DNA of 64,000 nucleotides from Thainema sp. (GCA_052168235.1 JBQLZK010000032.1:13145-77144), one strand, 5' to 3'. Counted from the first letter of the stretch, positions 47,125-57,579 are shown. Translations and numbers: made by a program. Notes: generated by a model not told the origin, from the sequence alone.

Positions 47125-48261
47125 ATGTCTACTCCAACTTCAATTTATATCAACGATACAACTTTGCGAGACGGAGAACAGGCTGCTGGTGTGGCCTTCG
47201 GCTTAGACGAAAAGGTTGCGATCGCAAAATTCTTGGACGCCATTGGTATTCAAGAACTCGAAGTCGGCATCCCGGCAATGGGACAGGAAGAGATGAACGC
47301 GATCCGTGCGATCGCAGATTTGGGCCTTAATGCTCAGCTACTGGGCTGGAATCGGGCTGTACTGTCTGATATCCAAGCGTCTCTGGCCTGCGGTCTGAAG
47401 CGAATTCATATCTCGATTCCAGTCTCTGATATGCAAATCAAAGTCAAGTTTCAGGGACGCTGGGCGCGGATGCTGGAACAACTGCGAGACTCAATCAATT
47501 TTGCGCTTGATCATGGCCTGGAAGTCAGTATTGGCGGAGAAGACAGCTCACGGGCTGACGAAACGTTTTTAGTTGATGCGGCCCAGTATGCTCAAGAATG
47601 GGGCGCGTTCCGCTTCCGCTTCTGTGACACCGTTGGCATTCTCGATCCGTTTACCACGTTTGAAAAGGTGCAAAAGCTGGTGTCGTCACTCGATATCCCA
47701 GTTGAAATGCACACCCACAACGACATGGGTTTGGCCACAGCCAATGCTCTGGCGGGAATTCGAGCCGGAGCTACATCAATCAACACTACGGTAAATGGAC
47801 TTGGCGAACGGGCAGGCAATGCGGCATTAGAAGAAGTCGTGATGGCGCTCAAACAAATCTACGGCATTAAAACTGGGATTAAAACACGCCATTTTTTGGA
47901 GTTGTCGCGCTTCATCGCTAAAACAGTGAACTGTCCTGTTCCTCCCTGGAAGGCCATCGTGGGCGAAAACACCTTCGCCCATGAGTCTGGAATTCACGCC
48001 CACGGTGTGCTGCAAAACCCCAGCACCTACGAACCGTTTAATCCCCAGGAAGTCGGCTGGCAGCGCCGCCTCGTCGTTGGCAAGCATTCCGGTCGTCATT
48101 TAATTAATCAAGTTCTACACGACTATGGCATTGAGCTGGATGCCAATACGAGCCAATCTATTCTTGACGCCGTCCGCGATCGCTCCGTTCAACTCAAGCG
48201 CAACCTGTCTATTGAAGAGCTATTAACACTGGTTCCCCAGCACGCGGCATCCCCAGTGTAA
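47125..48261 (+). CDS. nifV: Homocitrate synthase
   Basis: DTTLRDGEQ, HTHND, GERAGNA, HESGIH. Confidence 0.96.
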   Translation: MSTPTSIYINDTTLRDGEQAAGVAFGLDEKVAIAKFLDAIGIQELEVGIPAMGQEEMNAIRAIADLGLNAQLLGWNRAVLSDIQASLACGLKRIHISIPVSDMQIKVKFQGRWARMLEQLRDSINFALDHGLEVSIGGEDSSRADETFLVDAAQYAQEWGAFRFRFCDTVGILDPFTTFEKVQKLVSSLDIPVEMHTHNDMGLATANALAGIRAGATSINTTVNGLGERAGNAALEEVVMALKQIYGIKTGIKTRHFLELSRFIAKTVNCPVPPWKAIVGENTFAHESGIHAHGVLQNPSTYEPFNPQEVGWQRRLVVGKHSGRHLINQVLHDYGIELDANTSQSILDAVRDRSVQLKRNLSIEELLTLVPQHAASPV

Positions 48262-48390
48262 GAATCCGATTTTTTGTAAAACGTCTGCTCCGCAAACGTT
48301 TCACAAAAACAAACTATGGGCTTCCAATAAGATTTCATATCACTCCTCACTCCTCATTCTTTACTCCCTAAACCCTACCCGGTATCCCTT

Positions 48391-48594
48391 ATGAAAGTTA
48401 TGCTTCACTCTGGTCACGCTGGCAAACTCATGATTTACGTTGCCAAGAAGGATTTAGAAGAAGAAGTCATCCAGCAGACGCAGACGGATGACGCTCACAT
48501 TTTCACTCTTGCCAACGGCTGGGAATTATCAGTAGCCGGACTGAGTGAGCCATTTCAATTGCCGAAAACGGTTAACGCCAAGCGTTTGAATTAA
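48391..48594 (+). CDS. nifT: NifT/FixU
   Basis: MKVML...YVAKKDLEE...LANGW. Confidence 0.93.
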   Translation: MKVMLHSGHAGKLMIYVAKKDLEEEVIQQTQTDDAHIFTLANGWELSVAGLSEPFQLPKTVNAKRLN

Positions 48595-48684
48595 TCAGCT
48601 ATTTCTTCTGTAGGGTGGGCACTGCCCACCTTTACCTATCCTCTAATGCACCCTATTCCTTACCATTACCACAGGAGAACCACC

Positions 48685-49359
48685 ATGCTAGAGCCTCAGC
48701 AAGTGCCATCTGGTCTATTCAGCATCGAAGGAACCTTTTTAGGATTTTTAGGCAAGAAACCGGATAAGCCCAGGTCAATCATACTAGAGGTTGAGCAGGA
48801 ACAGTTAACGATTAAATTACCCAAAGAACTCCGCACCTGTTTGCAGCAGCATCTCCAGATTGGTTGTCGGGTGCGCTGCATTGGTTCAAGCCAAGTGGAT
48901 TTCGAAGCAGGCGCGATCAGGCTCAAAGCCTATCAGGTTTTTGCGATCGCGGATTTCAGCAAAACAGAATCCAATTCTGCTTCCACTAATTTGGCCACAG
49001 TCTCACCACTCTCTAAAGTGAGTGCGATACCAACACAACCCCAATCTGGTTCTCAAGACGCCCCGCGCCGCACGAAGCGCAACACGATCTTGGTTTGCCG
49101 CAAGTCAGGCTGCCAAAAGCGGGGTGGACGCCAGATGGTCGTTGCTCTGGAGCAAGCCCTACGTCAGCATCAACTGCATGAGCACGTTGAAATCAAATAT
49201 ACGGGCTGCCAAAAACGCTGTTCCAAAGCGCCTAATCTCACCATCATGCCGGGTAAGCATCACTATGATCGGCTGCGGGCAAAGGACTTATCCACCATCG
49301 TTACTGAGCATTTCTGTACGTCTAAGCTGAGTTCAGACTCGAATTATGCTGATCTCTGA
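48685..49359 (+). CDS. Thioredoxin-like (2Fe-2S) ferredoxin domain protein with N-terminal extension
   Basis: VCRKSGCQKRGG...TGCQKRCSKAPN. Confidence 0.85.
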   Translation: MLEPQQVPSGLFSIEGTFLGFLGKKPDKPRSIILEVEQEQLTIKLPKELRTCLQQHLQIGCRVRCIGSSQVDFEAGAIRLKAYQVFAIADFSKTESNSASTNLATVSPLSKVSAIPTQPQSGSQDAPRRTKRNTILVCRKSGCQKRGGRQMVVALEQALRQHQLHEHVEIKYTGCQKRCSKAPNLTIMPGKHHYDRLRAKDLSTIVTEHFCTSKLSSDSNYADL

Positions 49360-49526
49360 TCCAGATTGAAACCTGAGTCGCGTCAGAATTGATACTTCAA
49401 CGTATGTCAACCCCTTGAAACGCCTAAAAGTCAGTATTCATAAGACATTTAATAGGAGATCTATGCGTTTAACTCAACTAGAACTTAATCTATCTACCCC
49501 ATTCCTTCCACACTCCCCCAAGCATC

Positions 49527-49685
49527 ATGAAAATCAAACGCCGCTACCTACTATTTCGACTATCACTCTGGCTTACGGCTGAGCTGTGGTTGAGCCTGCT
49601 TGGTTTAGACCATTTGGCTGACTATAGCGAGTATCTACACAGTCAGAATGAAGTCGTTATACTCAACCAAAGCTACGATTACTGA
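49527..49685 (+). CDS. Candidate 52-aa small protein (below the ORF-track cutoff)
   Basis: MKIKRRYLLFRLSLWLTAELWLSLLGLDHLADYSEYLHSQNEVVILNQSYDY; the WLxAExxLxxLGLDxLADYSE motif is recognised from cyanobacterial small proteins. Confidence 0.7.
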   Translation: MKIKRRYLLFRLSLWLTAELWLSLLGLDHLADYSEYLHSQNEVVILNQSYDY

Positions 49686-49893
49686 TTCTAAAACCGTTAC
49701 GTTGGGTAGGGGCGTTAGCGAAGCCATGCCCGAAGGGCTATATGGCCATTCGCCCCTATCGGCATGTATAGCGGTAATCATGTTGGTACTTATATCAAGA
49801 CTGTGTATGAGAGCCCAATTTATTTTGTGTGAAACGTTTGCTGAGCAAACGTTTCACACAAAATAAGTCATGGGTTTTCAATCAAACTTGGTA

Positions 49894-50259
49894 TTAAATG
49901 CGATCGCGGTATTCGGAGCGCTCATTCACGCGCATATCAAAAGGAGCACTCATGCCTAACGGCGGGTAGACGCGAATTTTGGCGTGGGTGCTAAACTGCG
50001 CTAACGGTTCAGCTAGAGCCGCCATCCGGTTGAGAATCCGCCAGTTGCGAATTGGATCAGGGCAGTGAATGATCAGCATCAGTACTTCGGCCATGTGAAT
50101 CGTCCACTGGCATTCCATCAGCAGTGATTGAGTTGAGCCATCACAGGCTTCAAAGAAGAGTTTGCTGGTCGAAAGCTCCAGCTGTCGCCGCAGCATCGCA
50201 TCCACATCGGTGGTTATATCAGGCGGCAAATCTTCCGGGGTTAAGTCGTTCGGCAACAT
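49894..50259 (-). CDS. Hypothetical protein
   Basis: 121-aa ORF; FFEACD...IHCPD...NWRIL. Confidence 0.7.
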   Translation of the reverse strand: MLPNDLTPEDLPPDITTDVDAMLRRQLELSTSKLFFEACDGSTQSLLMECQWTIHMAEVLMLIIHCPDPIRNWRILNRMAALAEPLAQFSTHAKIRVYPPLGMSAPFDMRVNERSEYRDRI

Positions 50260-50394
50260 AGAACTGAGCGTTGGTAACGCATCGATTTATATCAAGTCTG
50301 TGTATAAGAACCCGATTACATTTGCGAAAGCTGCTCTAGGCCAAGCTTTCACAAACGTAAGTCATTGGGGTTTCAATCAGATCTCGTATCAGCT

Positions 50395-50712
50395 TTAAAT
50401 TCGGCCTTCGCTTCGCTCCGTTGCTACAGCGGTAGCAATCGGCAGCGGAAATTCCTGTAGATCAGCGTCTTCGCCAGCAGGCATAGGCGATACAAACGTG
50501 TAGCAAGGATCGCATTCACCTGTATCAAAAACCTGCAAAACCCATTTATCCGGTAGCCCTTCCACGCCAATCTCCACCACATACCATTCGCTGCCGGATT
50601 CACGGGTGGACAACACTGAGAAAAACTCCTGGTCGTCTACTGGAATTTCGAGATCATCCATGAGAAAGCTCATGGCTAAAGCCTCAGCGTCTGTCGTCGG
50701 TAACTTCATCAT
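50395..50712 (-). CDS. Conserved acidic hypothetical protein
   Basis: WYVVEIGVEGLPDKWVLQVFDTGECDPCYTF; AAGGAGG upstream. Confidence 0.75.
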   Translation of the reverse strand: MMKLPTTDAEALAMSFLMDDLEIPVDDQEFFSVLSTRESGSEWYVVEIGVEGLPDKWVLQVFDTGECDPCYTFVSPMPAGEDADLQEFPLPIATAVATERSEGRI

Positions 50713-50749
50713 GGCTGATAGCCTCCTTGTCTTTGTATTCTTTGAAAGA

Positions 50750-51184
50750 TCAATTTGCGATCGCAGTTTCTTGAGGACAGCTCTGGACATCCTCAGTCAG
50801 GTCGCTATTCGGCGCTAACCCAATCCAGGCATCAATTTCCGCTAGGTCAAATCCAAACGTGTAGCGATCGCAAACCTGCAGCAGCGGACGCCGAATCAAA
50901 ATCGGCTGCTCCACCATCAGCGCCAGTGCCGCATCCACATCAAGTTCGGCTGGATTCACTTCTCCCGCTTTAATGGGCGGAGCCGTTGGGTTAAACCACT
51001 CCACAACTGGGCGATCGCCAAAGAATAAGCGTAACCGCTCTGGAGTCCAGGGTTCGGTCAGTAGGTTGTACACGCGCAAACTGTGCCCTGCCTCAATCAG
51101 CAGCTTTTTCTGCCGAGCATTGCCAACGCAACCGGGCTTCTCATAAAAATCTACAGTAACCACAATCAAACTCCTCAGTGACAA
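50750..51184 (-). CDS. ArsC/Spx-family nitrogenase-associated protein (NifO-like)
   Basis: FYEKPGCVGNARQK, WFNPTAP, PILIRRPLL; exact start uncertain. Confidence 0.88.
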   Translation of the reverse strand: MSLRSLIVVTVDFYEKPGCVGNARQKKLLIEAGHSLRVYNLLTEPWTPERLRLFFGDRPVVEWFNPTAPPIKAGEVNPAELDVDAALALMVEQPILIRRPLLQVCDRYTFGFDLAEIDAWIGLAPNSDLTEDVQSCPQETAIAN

Positions 51185-51278
51185 CAGTTGATTGCCCTCA
51201 CCCCCAACCCTTCTCCCACAGGGCGAGGGGAGCCGATCTATATTCTTGTTTCATCTTCTTGTTCCCTCTCCTGTGGGG

Positions 51279-51443
51279 CTACTGCTTATACACATCCTGA
51301 ATAGTTCTTCTAAATCCCGGACTGATCCCCCTAAATCCCCCTTACAAAAGGGGAACTTTGAGCCAATTCCCCCCTTTTCAAGGGGGGCTAGGGGGGATCT
51401 CAACGTCGAAACGAAGTCTAGGAGACTTATGTATAAGCAGTAG
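51279..51443. mobile_element. Family B MITE in a REP-like hairpin
   Basis: CTACTGCTTATACA...TGTATAAGCAGTAG. Confidence 0.85.
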
Positions 51444-51486
51444 CCCCACGGGAGAGGGCTAGGGTGAGGGCTTCCAGGCAATACTC

Positions 51487-51975
51487 CTATTCCTCCTCAT
51501 CGGCAGCGGAACTAAGAATATTCAGCAGCAGCTCAGCACCAAACTCTTTAGCCCCCAACTGCTGCACTTGATTGGCGACCCGCTGAGCCTCTTCAACTCG
51601 ACCTAAGCGCGCCAGCACCAACCCAGAAGCCACATAGGCACTGAGATACAGGCGCACAGCTGGAACATCCAAGTGAGCCATCAGCAGGGGCTGTAGCTTG
51701 GGCCATTCGGTTGGCCATTGTTCGGTGGAGCAAATGCGATCGCAAACTGTCGTTGCCACCTGCAACGCCTGGGACAACTGGTTCCGGTAGAAGTAATACC
51801 GATAAGCTCCAATCAGCACGTCAAAGCCGACATCAGCTTGCGCTAGTGCCTGTTCAATATACTGCTCTGAAACAGCGGCATCGTTCCAAGACTGTGCAGC
51901 AGCAGCAAACAAGTCCTGTATAGAAGAACTCGCAGAGAACCAAGAAGGCGATTTAGAACTAAATTTGGTGAACAT
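51487..51975 (-). CDS. Hypothetical helical (TPR-like) protein
   Basis: AYRYYFY, RLYLSAYVASGLVLARLG. Confidence 0.75.
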   Translation of the reverse strand: MFTKFSSKSPSWFSASSSIQDLFAAAAQSWNDAAVSEQYIEQALAQADVGFDVLIGAYRYYFYRNQLSQALQVATTVCDRICSTEQWPTEWPKLQPLLMAHLDVPAVRLYLSAYVASGLVLARLGRVEEAQRVANQVQQLGAKEFGAELLLNILSSAADEEE

Positions 51976-52126
51976 GGCAAGTATTGAAGCTGGGAAATTG
52001 ATCCAGTAGCCTGAAACAGCTACCATTCACAGATCAACTCAGCAGACTTATTGTGTATTTGATCTAATTCATTCAAACTTGCGCACTCTCTTAAACCTAT
52101 TAGGGAATACTTGAGGCAAATATTCC

Positions 52127-52167
52127 GTATCTTGCGATACTAAACCACGCCACAAAATCGGTAATTT
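52127..52167 (+). promoter_or_regulatory. Candidate NtcA-activated promoter for cnfR
   Basis: GTAtcttgcgaTAC, then 21 nt, then TAATTT. Confidence 0.5.
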
Positions 52168-52637
52168 CGAGACTTTTCACTTTAGTTCTCCAGAGAACTT
52201 ACAACCTGTTTTCCTAAATATCCAGATTGTAGTAGGCTACTAAAGCATAACTTTTTGTGAACTGTTTTTAATTTTCATGAATCTCAGTATAAATGTCGAA
52301 ATGCTGTTAAGAACTGGCCAGTTTTTGGCGGAAAAAACCGTATTTTCAGTGACAAACGATTAGTCTGTATAGCTCGCTATAAACACTATCTAGCCTACCG
52401 TTAAAAAATAATTAAATCGTATCGGATTAGATAGAGAATGGTTGCAATTTTTAGTTAACTCTAAAGAGTACAAATTGAAATTTCTCATCTTTAGCTACCG
52501 CATAGCGAGTTGCGATCGCGTCTAGTTTTCCTTCAACGTTCAAGGAAACTTACCAATCGCGATCCGCTCTAGCACTCTCAATAGCCTCAACGTTTTATTC
52601 AAGCTGAATTTGAAACTAAATTAGTCGCCTTTTACCT

Positions 52638-54239
52638 ATGGTTTATACGATTAAAGACGGTTGTATTAGTTGCGATAGCTGCTATCCTGAGTGCCCAAAT
52701 GGAGCGATTAAGCCTACAACTGATCGCGAAGGCTACTGGATTGATCCGACTCTGTGTGATGGCTGCCATGATTTAGACATGCCTCGCTGTGTTGAGGTAT
52801 GCAGCGTTGGTTCACTCGCCCCCTTACAGCCGAAAAAAGGACGCCATAAAAGCAGCTTATTACCCGCAGCGCTACTCGATATCTTCCTGAATGGCAAAAC
52901 AACGCCCTTTGCCTCCTCAATGGTGGTCTGGGAAGCCTGCACCCTCCTGGCCCAGCGGCAGTCACTGCCCTGGCAAGCCGATACGGAGCAGCATCTTTGC
53001 TATCAGCGCCCGGTTCATCGCGGTCGTGGAGAGCTACAGTTTCGTTTAGCTGCCGATCCAGAAGCCAAATTGCTGCAACCGATGATCATGGATGAGGGTT
53101 TGGATGCGATCGCAAATTTTGATATTCGAGCCACCTGCATTCACCTAATTTTTGCCGCCTACACCACCACGCTTGACTGCCCCTGGCAAGAACCATTTAC
53201 GATCAACGACCAGCAAATTGAACAATATTTAGGACTAGACAAGCGCAAAGATCTGACAAAGCTAGAGCGCCTGACCCTGATCAAGGACATGGTGTATCAG
53301 GTTTGCCAAATTATGGTGACGGTTGACTGGCCACGTCAAGGTAAAGTCCAGCCCTTCAAAATTCAGGAACATGCCATCTGGCAACTGCTGGATACTCAGT
53401 ACTACTTTGAAAAAGATGACCAAGGCAGTCGCCACCTGATTGGCTTAAGTTTTACGATCCAAGCCGGAATCTGGACGCAGCACTTTCTTAATCGGCAAGA
53501 TTATCATCGTCAAACTGCGTTTTATCAGTACGGTACACTCCCCCAGTCTCTCCTCTCAGAAGTGATGAGTAATTGGCAGCAGCATGAAGGAGCCATTCGC
53601 CTATTGCTGTGGTTACTGTTCAAGTTGCGGTTAGGAAGTGACCACCGCATCACCATTCGCACCCTGCTGCGCATTGCCTATGGTGAGGAGCGCGTCACAG
53701 CCACGATGAATATACGTGGTGCCCATAAGCGCCTGCTCAAAACGTTCGAAAGCGATTTGGAAACTGTCTACTACTACGGACTTAAACCCATCTTTGATCC
53801 AGACACCTATCCTCCGGCAATTCAGCCGCTCTGGGCCAGGGTAGCAGACATCCCGGACGATGCCGAAGATGCGCTTGAATTCTGGACGGAAGACGCCAAT
53901 CAAGTCCTCAGCTTAACGGATACTGCCCCCCGGAATAAATGGCAGCGGTTGCTGAATGCGCGTCTACTTGGATTTGAACTGCCCGAAGAATGGCAGCAAA
54001 CCGTCAAACGAACGACCCAAAAGCGGCGGCGGCGCTCAACCCAGTCTCGCAAGGCCCAACCAGACGACTCTCTCTCTGGAACCGAAATTAAAGCAGCTCG
54101 ACGACAGCAAAATCTTACTCAGCGCACATTAGCAGATCGTCTAGGCAAAAGCCAAAGCTGGGTACGTGATATTGAGAAAGGACGCTTCAGTATTAGTCCT
54201 GACGACCAAAACCTACTCCGCAAAACGTTGGGGATCTAA
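52638..54239 (+). CDS. cnfR: Nif master activator CnfR (PatB)
   Basis: N-terminal ferredoxin motifs CISCDSCYPECP and CDGC...CVEVC; C-terminal XRE HTH (LTQRTLADRLGKSQSWVRDIE). Confidence 0.93.
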   Translation: MVYTIKDGCISCDSCYPECPNGAIKPTTDREGYWIDPTLCDGCHDLDMPRCVEVCSVGSLAPLQPKKGRHKSSLLPAALLDIFLNGKTTPFASSMVVWEACTLLAQRQSLPWQADTEQHLCYQRPVHRGRGELQFRLAADPEAKLLQPMIMDEGLDAIANFDIRATCIHLIFAAYTTTLDCPWQEPFTINDQQIEQYLGLDKRKDLTKLERLTLIKDMVYQVCQIMVTVDWPRQGKVQPFKIQEHAIWQLLDTQYYFEKDDQGSRHLIGLSFTIQAGIWTQHFLNRQDYHRQTAFYQYGTLPQSLLSEVMSNWQQHEGAIRLLLWLLFKLRLGSDHRITIRTLLRIAYGEERVTATMNIRGAHKRLLKTFESDLETVYYYGLKPIFDPDTYPPAIQPLWARVADIPDDAEDALEFWTEDANQVLSLTDTAPRNKWQRLLNARLLGFELPEEWQQTVKRTTQKRRRRSTQSRKAQPDDSLSGTEIKAARRQQNLTQRTLADRLGKSQSWVRDIEKGRFSISPDDQNLLRKTLGI

Positions 54240-54449
54240 TTCAAGTGGTGGGACATGGGTAATGATGTTGGGTGGTGCGGGCGATCCTGCTCACCAACAT
54301 CGTTCGTTACCCTTTGAGGACTCTCCTGATTCAAGTGCGTTACATATCAAAAATCCCAAAGAACCGCATCTTGTCATATTCGCTACAATTTATCTGTAGA
54401 GCATGGTGCTCAAACATTCATAGCGTCGTTAAATAAGAGGTTTAGCTAT

Positions 54450-54734
54450 ATGTCTAAAGAAAATGTATTGAACTTTTTAACGGATGCCGCTAATGATGAA
54501 CAGCTACAAGCGCAATTGAAATCAGCCAAATCCCCGGAGGATTTGGTCGGGGTGGGAAATCAGGCCGGATATGATTTCTCGTCTGAGCATGTGGATGAAG
54601 CAATGAAGGAGTTAAGACACCAGCCCGGTTTCTTCAGCGTATTAGCAGAAGCAATTGGCCGGATTTTTAGCCCCTCAAGTGATGATTATCCTGAAACAGG
54701 CGTTCAACCGTTCAGTGGTGATTCCAATTCGTAA
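54450..54734 (+). CDS. Nif11-domain small protein with a C-terminal RIFSP..DDYP..GVQPFSG motif
   Basis: Nif11-like leader MSKENVLNFL...AGYDFS; GAGG RBS. Confidence 0.85.
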   Translation: MSKENVLNFLTDAANDEQLQAQLKSAKSPEDLVGVGNQAGYDFSSEHVDEAMKELRHQPGFFSVLAEAIGRIFSPSSDDYPETGVQPFSGDSNS

Positions 54735-54952
54735 AGGCTAGGGCTTGAGAAGCTACATACGACATATACGACTTGCACCCTACAAAACTGGTACTAAAAG
54801 AGGTTATTTTGCCGCCGCATTACGGTAGCCAATGACCTCTTTTGTTTTGGGTACAGGTTTTGGGTACAGACTTAGGAACGAGCCGACTCGAAACGCAGCT
54901 TGATCCACGACTAAACCGTTAGCAATGCCGTATTGCCCGTGCTTACAACTAT

Positions 54953-55450
54953 TCAAGTTTTTAGAAATGCAGATATTCGGTGAATTGCTTCTTTTGCTAC
55001 AGAGATAGGAAGAGATAAATCCGGACAGAGATGTAAATGTTGTCTGTGTGAAAGTACAAGTTTCACACCAAATCTATTCCCAAGTAGCTCTTTCCCGTCA
55101 CTATCCGCAACTTTGGAATCTAACTTCACTTCTGAAAGGTCTTGGAGCGAGTATTCAGTAACTTTTTTGCTGAGTAGAAATTTCTTGTTAATCAGCAAAT
55201 TCCCGTTCTCTTTATCAAAGCTCCATGTAATAGTTCTGCTAGAAAATACTAAAAACACACCAAAACCTATGGAGATCCAGACCAAGATATAAACAGCTAA
55301 CCCTTCGTCTGATGACGTTACAGGGACAGCAAATGCGGATAGCCCAATCATCAATAAAATTCCACAGGCCAACCAGCTTAGCACTGGCGAATGCTGAATT
55401 ATTAACTGCATTGACGTTTGCTTCACAGTTCTCATGGCCAAAAGAGCCAA
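54953..55450 (-). CDS. Hypothetical membrane protein (AT-rich)
   Basis: Two hydrophobic helices followed by a soluble domain. Confidence 0.7.
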   Translation of the reverse strand: MALLAMRTVKQTSMQLIIQHSPVLSWLACGILLMIGLSAFAVPVTSSDEGLAVYILVWISIGFGVFLVFSSRTITWSFDKENGNLLINKKFLLSKKVTEYSLQDLSEVKLDSKVADSDGKELLGNRFGVKLVLSHRQHLHLCPDLSLPISVAKEAIHRISAFLKT

Positions 55451-55573
55451 TCATGATATAGCAACTGTAGGTTGGGTTTCCTTCGTCAACCCAACATGCG
55501 CTATACGGGGCTACACATCAAAACCGTGCCTTATAAGGTGGGCATTGCCCACCCTACAGGCTACTTGAGATTT

Positions 55574-57049
55574 TTACTTATGGCGAATGTGTTCGTATAC
55601 GCCGACGTATTGCTCACCGGAACGGCTCCAGGAATAATCGCAGGCCATGCCCTGTTTCGCTAACTCCTTAAAGAGTTCCGGCTGGTCGTAATACAAATCC
55701 AGTGCCCGACCGAGAGCGAAGTCGATGGCATTAAAATCAGACTCGTAGAATACGAAACCGTTGCGCTCTTCTGGACGATGGGCTTCGTCATAATCCCAGT
55801 CGAACACGGTATTGACCAGTCCGCCAACACCACGTACCACGGGCACCGTACCGTAGCGTAAACCAATCAGCTGGGTTAATCCGCAAGGTTCATAGTTACT
55901 CGGCACGATCACAATATCTGCTGCCGCATAGATCAGGTGCGCTAGCTCCTCATTGAAGCCCAGTTCCAAATGGCAATCGGGGTTATCTTTGAGGTGTTGC
56001 TTCTCATGCCAGAACCAGCTATTGATGCTGTCTGCCGTGGCAGAACCCAATAGTACAAACTGAGCATTCCGTTGCAAAGAATAGTAGATGGCATGGTGAA
56101 CCAGATGGACACCCTTCTGATCATCTAAACGCCCGATGTAGCAGACCAGCGGTCGATCGGCTTGACGCAGATCCAACCACTCCCGCAGTGACTTCTTATT
56201 CAGCGCTTTGTCCTCAAAGTTATCTGCACTGAAGTGATACGGAATGTACTGATCAGTTTCAGGATTCCAGGTTTGATAGCTGATGCCGTTGAGAATGCCG
56301 CCGAACTTGTGCTGATGGGTTTCCAGCGTTGGCTGTAAACCGCAGCCCACTTCGCTGAAACGGGCTTCCCAAGCGTGGTGCGGCGATACGGTATTCACAT
56401 AGTTGGAGTACACGATGCCGCCCTGCATGAAGTTGATGGCATTGGGATTGTTGTTGTCCCGCAGACGACCATATTCGAAGTAGTAATCCTCCCGGTTCAA
56501 ACCCGTTGCCCACAGGGGTTCTGCGCTCCAGACGCCCTGGTGCTTAAAGTTGTGGATGGTGTAGCAGACTCGCTGAGTACCCATACCGTGCCAGCCATAC
56601 ATTTCGTACAGCATGACGGGGATCAAACCTGTTTGCCAATCGTGACAGTGGATCACGTCAGGACGCTTGTTAGAAACGAGGAGAAACTCTAGTGCGGCCT
56701 TACTGAAAAAGGCAAACCGCATGTGGTCATCTAGATCGCCATAGTACTTGCCGCGATTAAAGAAATTGTCGCCGGAATGAGGCTGAATAAAAAAGCAGAG
56801 CTGGCCGTGTACCCAGCCGCAAAAAACATCGCAGTGAATCGAACCGCCATACCAGGGCACCATCAAATCTCGGTAGGCATCATGCAATCCCCAAATGTGG
56901 TCGTACCGCATGCAGTCATACATCGGCAGAATGGTCTCAACGGTATGACCTCGCATGTCGATGTCCCGACTCAGGCCATACACGACGTCTCCTAGTCCAC
57001 CCGCCTTAATGACTGGGGCGCACTCAGACGCAATCTGCACAATGTACAT
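55574..57049 (-). CDS. glgA: Glycogen synthase
   Basis: KAGGLGDV, HCHDWQT, PSNYEPCGLTQ. Confidence 0.96.
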   Translation of the reverse strand: MYIVQIASECAPVIKAGGLGDVVYGLSRDIDMRGHTVETILPMYDCMRYDHIWGLHDAYRDLMVPWYGGSIHCDVFCGWVHGQLCFFIQPHSGDNFFNRGKYYGDLDDHMRFAFFSKAALEFLLVSNKRPDVIHCHDWQTGLIPVMLYEMYGWHGMGTQRVCYTIHNFKHQGVWSAEPLWATGLNREDYYFEYGRLRDNNNPNAINFMQGGIVYSNYVNTVSPHHAWEARFSEVGCGLQPTLETHQHKFGGILNGISYQTWNPETDQYIPYHFSADNFEDKALNKKSLREWLDLRQADRPLVCYIGRLDDQKGVHLVHHAIYYSLQRNAQFVLLGSATADSINSWFWHEKQHLKDNPDCHLELGFNEELAHLIYAAADIVIVPSNYEPCGLTQLIGLRYGTVPVVRGVGGLVNTVFDWDYDEAHRPEERNGFVFYESDFNAIDFALGRALDLYYDQPELFKELAKQGMACDYSWSRSGEQYVGVYEHIRHK

Positions 57050-57579
57050 ACGCTATCCTCTGCTTCATATAAATTCATCATTCTTATGCTTTACATTCAA
57101 ACGAGGAAATGGTTTCTTGGCAAGTCATTTGGCTTGATTTTTGATCCCCGCCTGCTGTAAGCCAGTGATGACATCGCTCCCATACCACTTTTGAGTATAT
57201 GCACTGTTATCTTTAACAATACTGTCCGTTGGGAACTGGATTAAGCTTCGCAAAACAATGTAAAACCCTGTGACATCACTTATTTCAGCTTAAGCCACCG
57301 AAAGAGGAATTCTCGCCTATCATCAGAAGTAACTCTGCCGCCCGACGACGGTAATATCAGATCCGTGTGTAAGAATTCACTTCGCTTCTATAAAACGTTT
57401 GCAGCACAAGGTTTTATAAAACAAGGGTAGTCCTCAAACGATAATGATTTCTCGTTGTGTGGGCGGTGCCCGCACAACGAGAAATCATTACTGAAACACC
57501 ACTACCCAAACAAGCTTTGGATTTTTAACCGGATTTTTGATTTGAGTTTGCTAGTTCTGCACACACATAAGGACAATTT

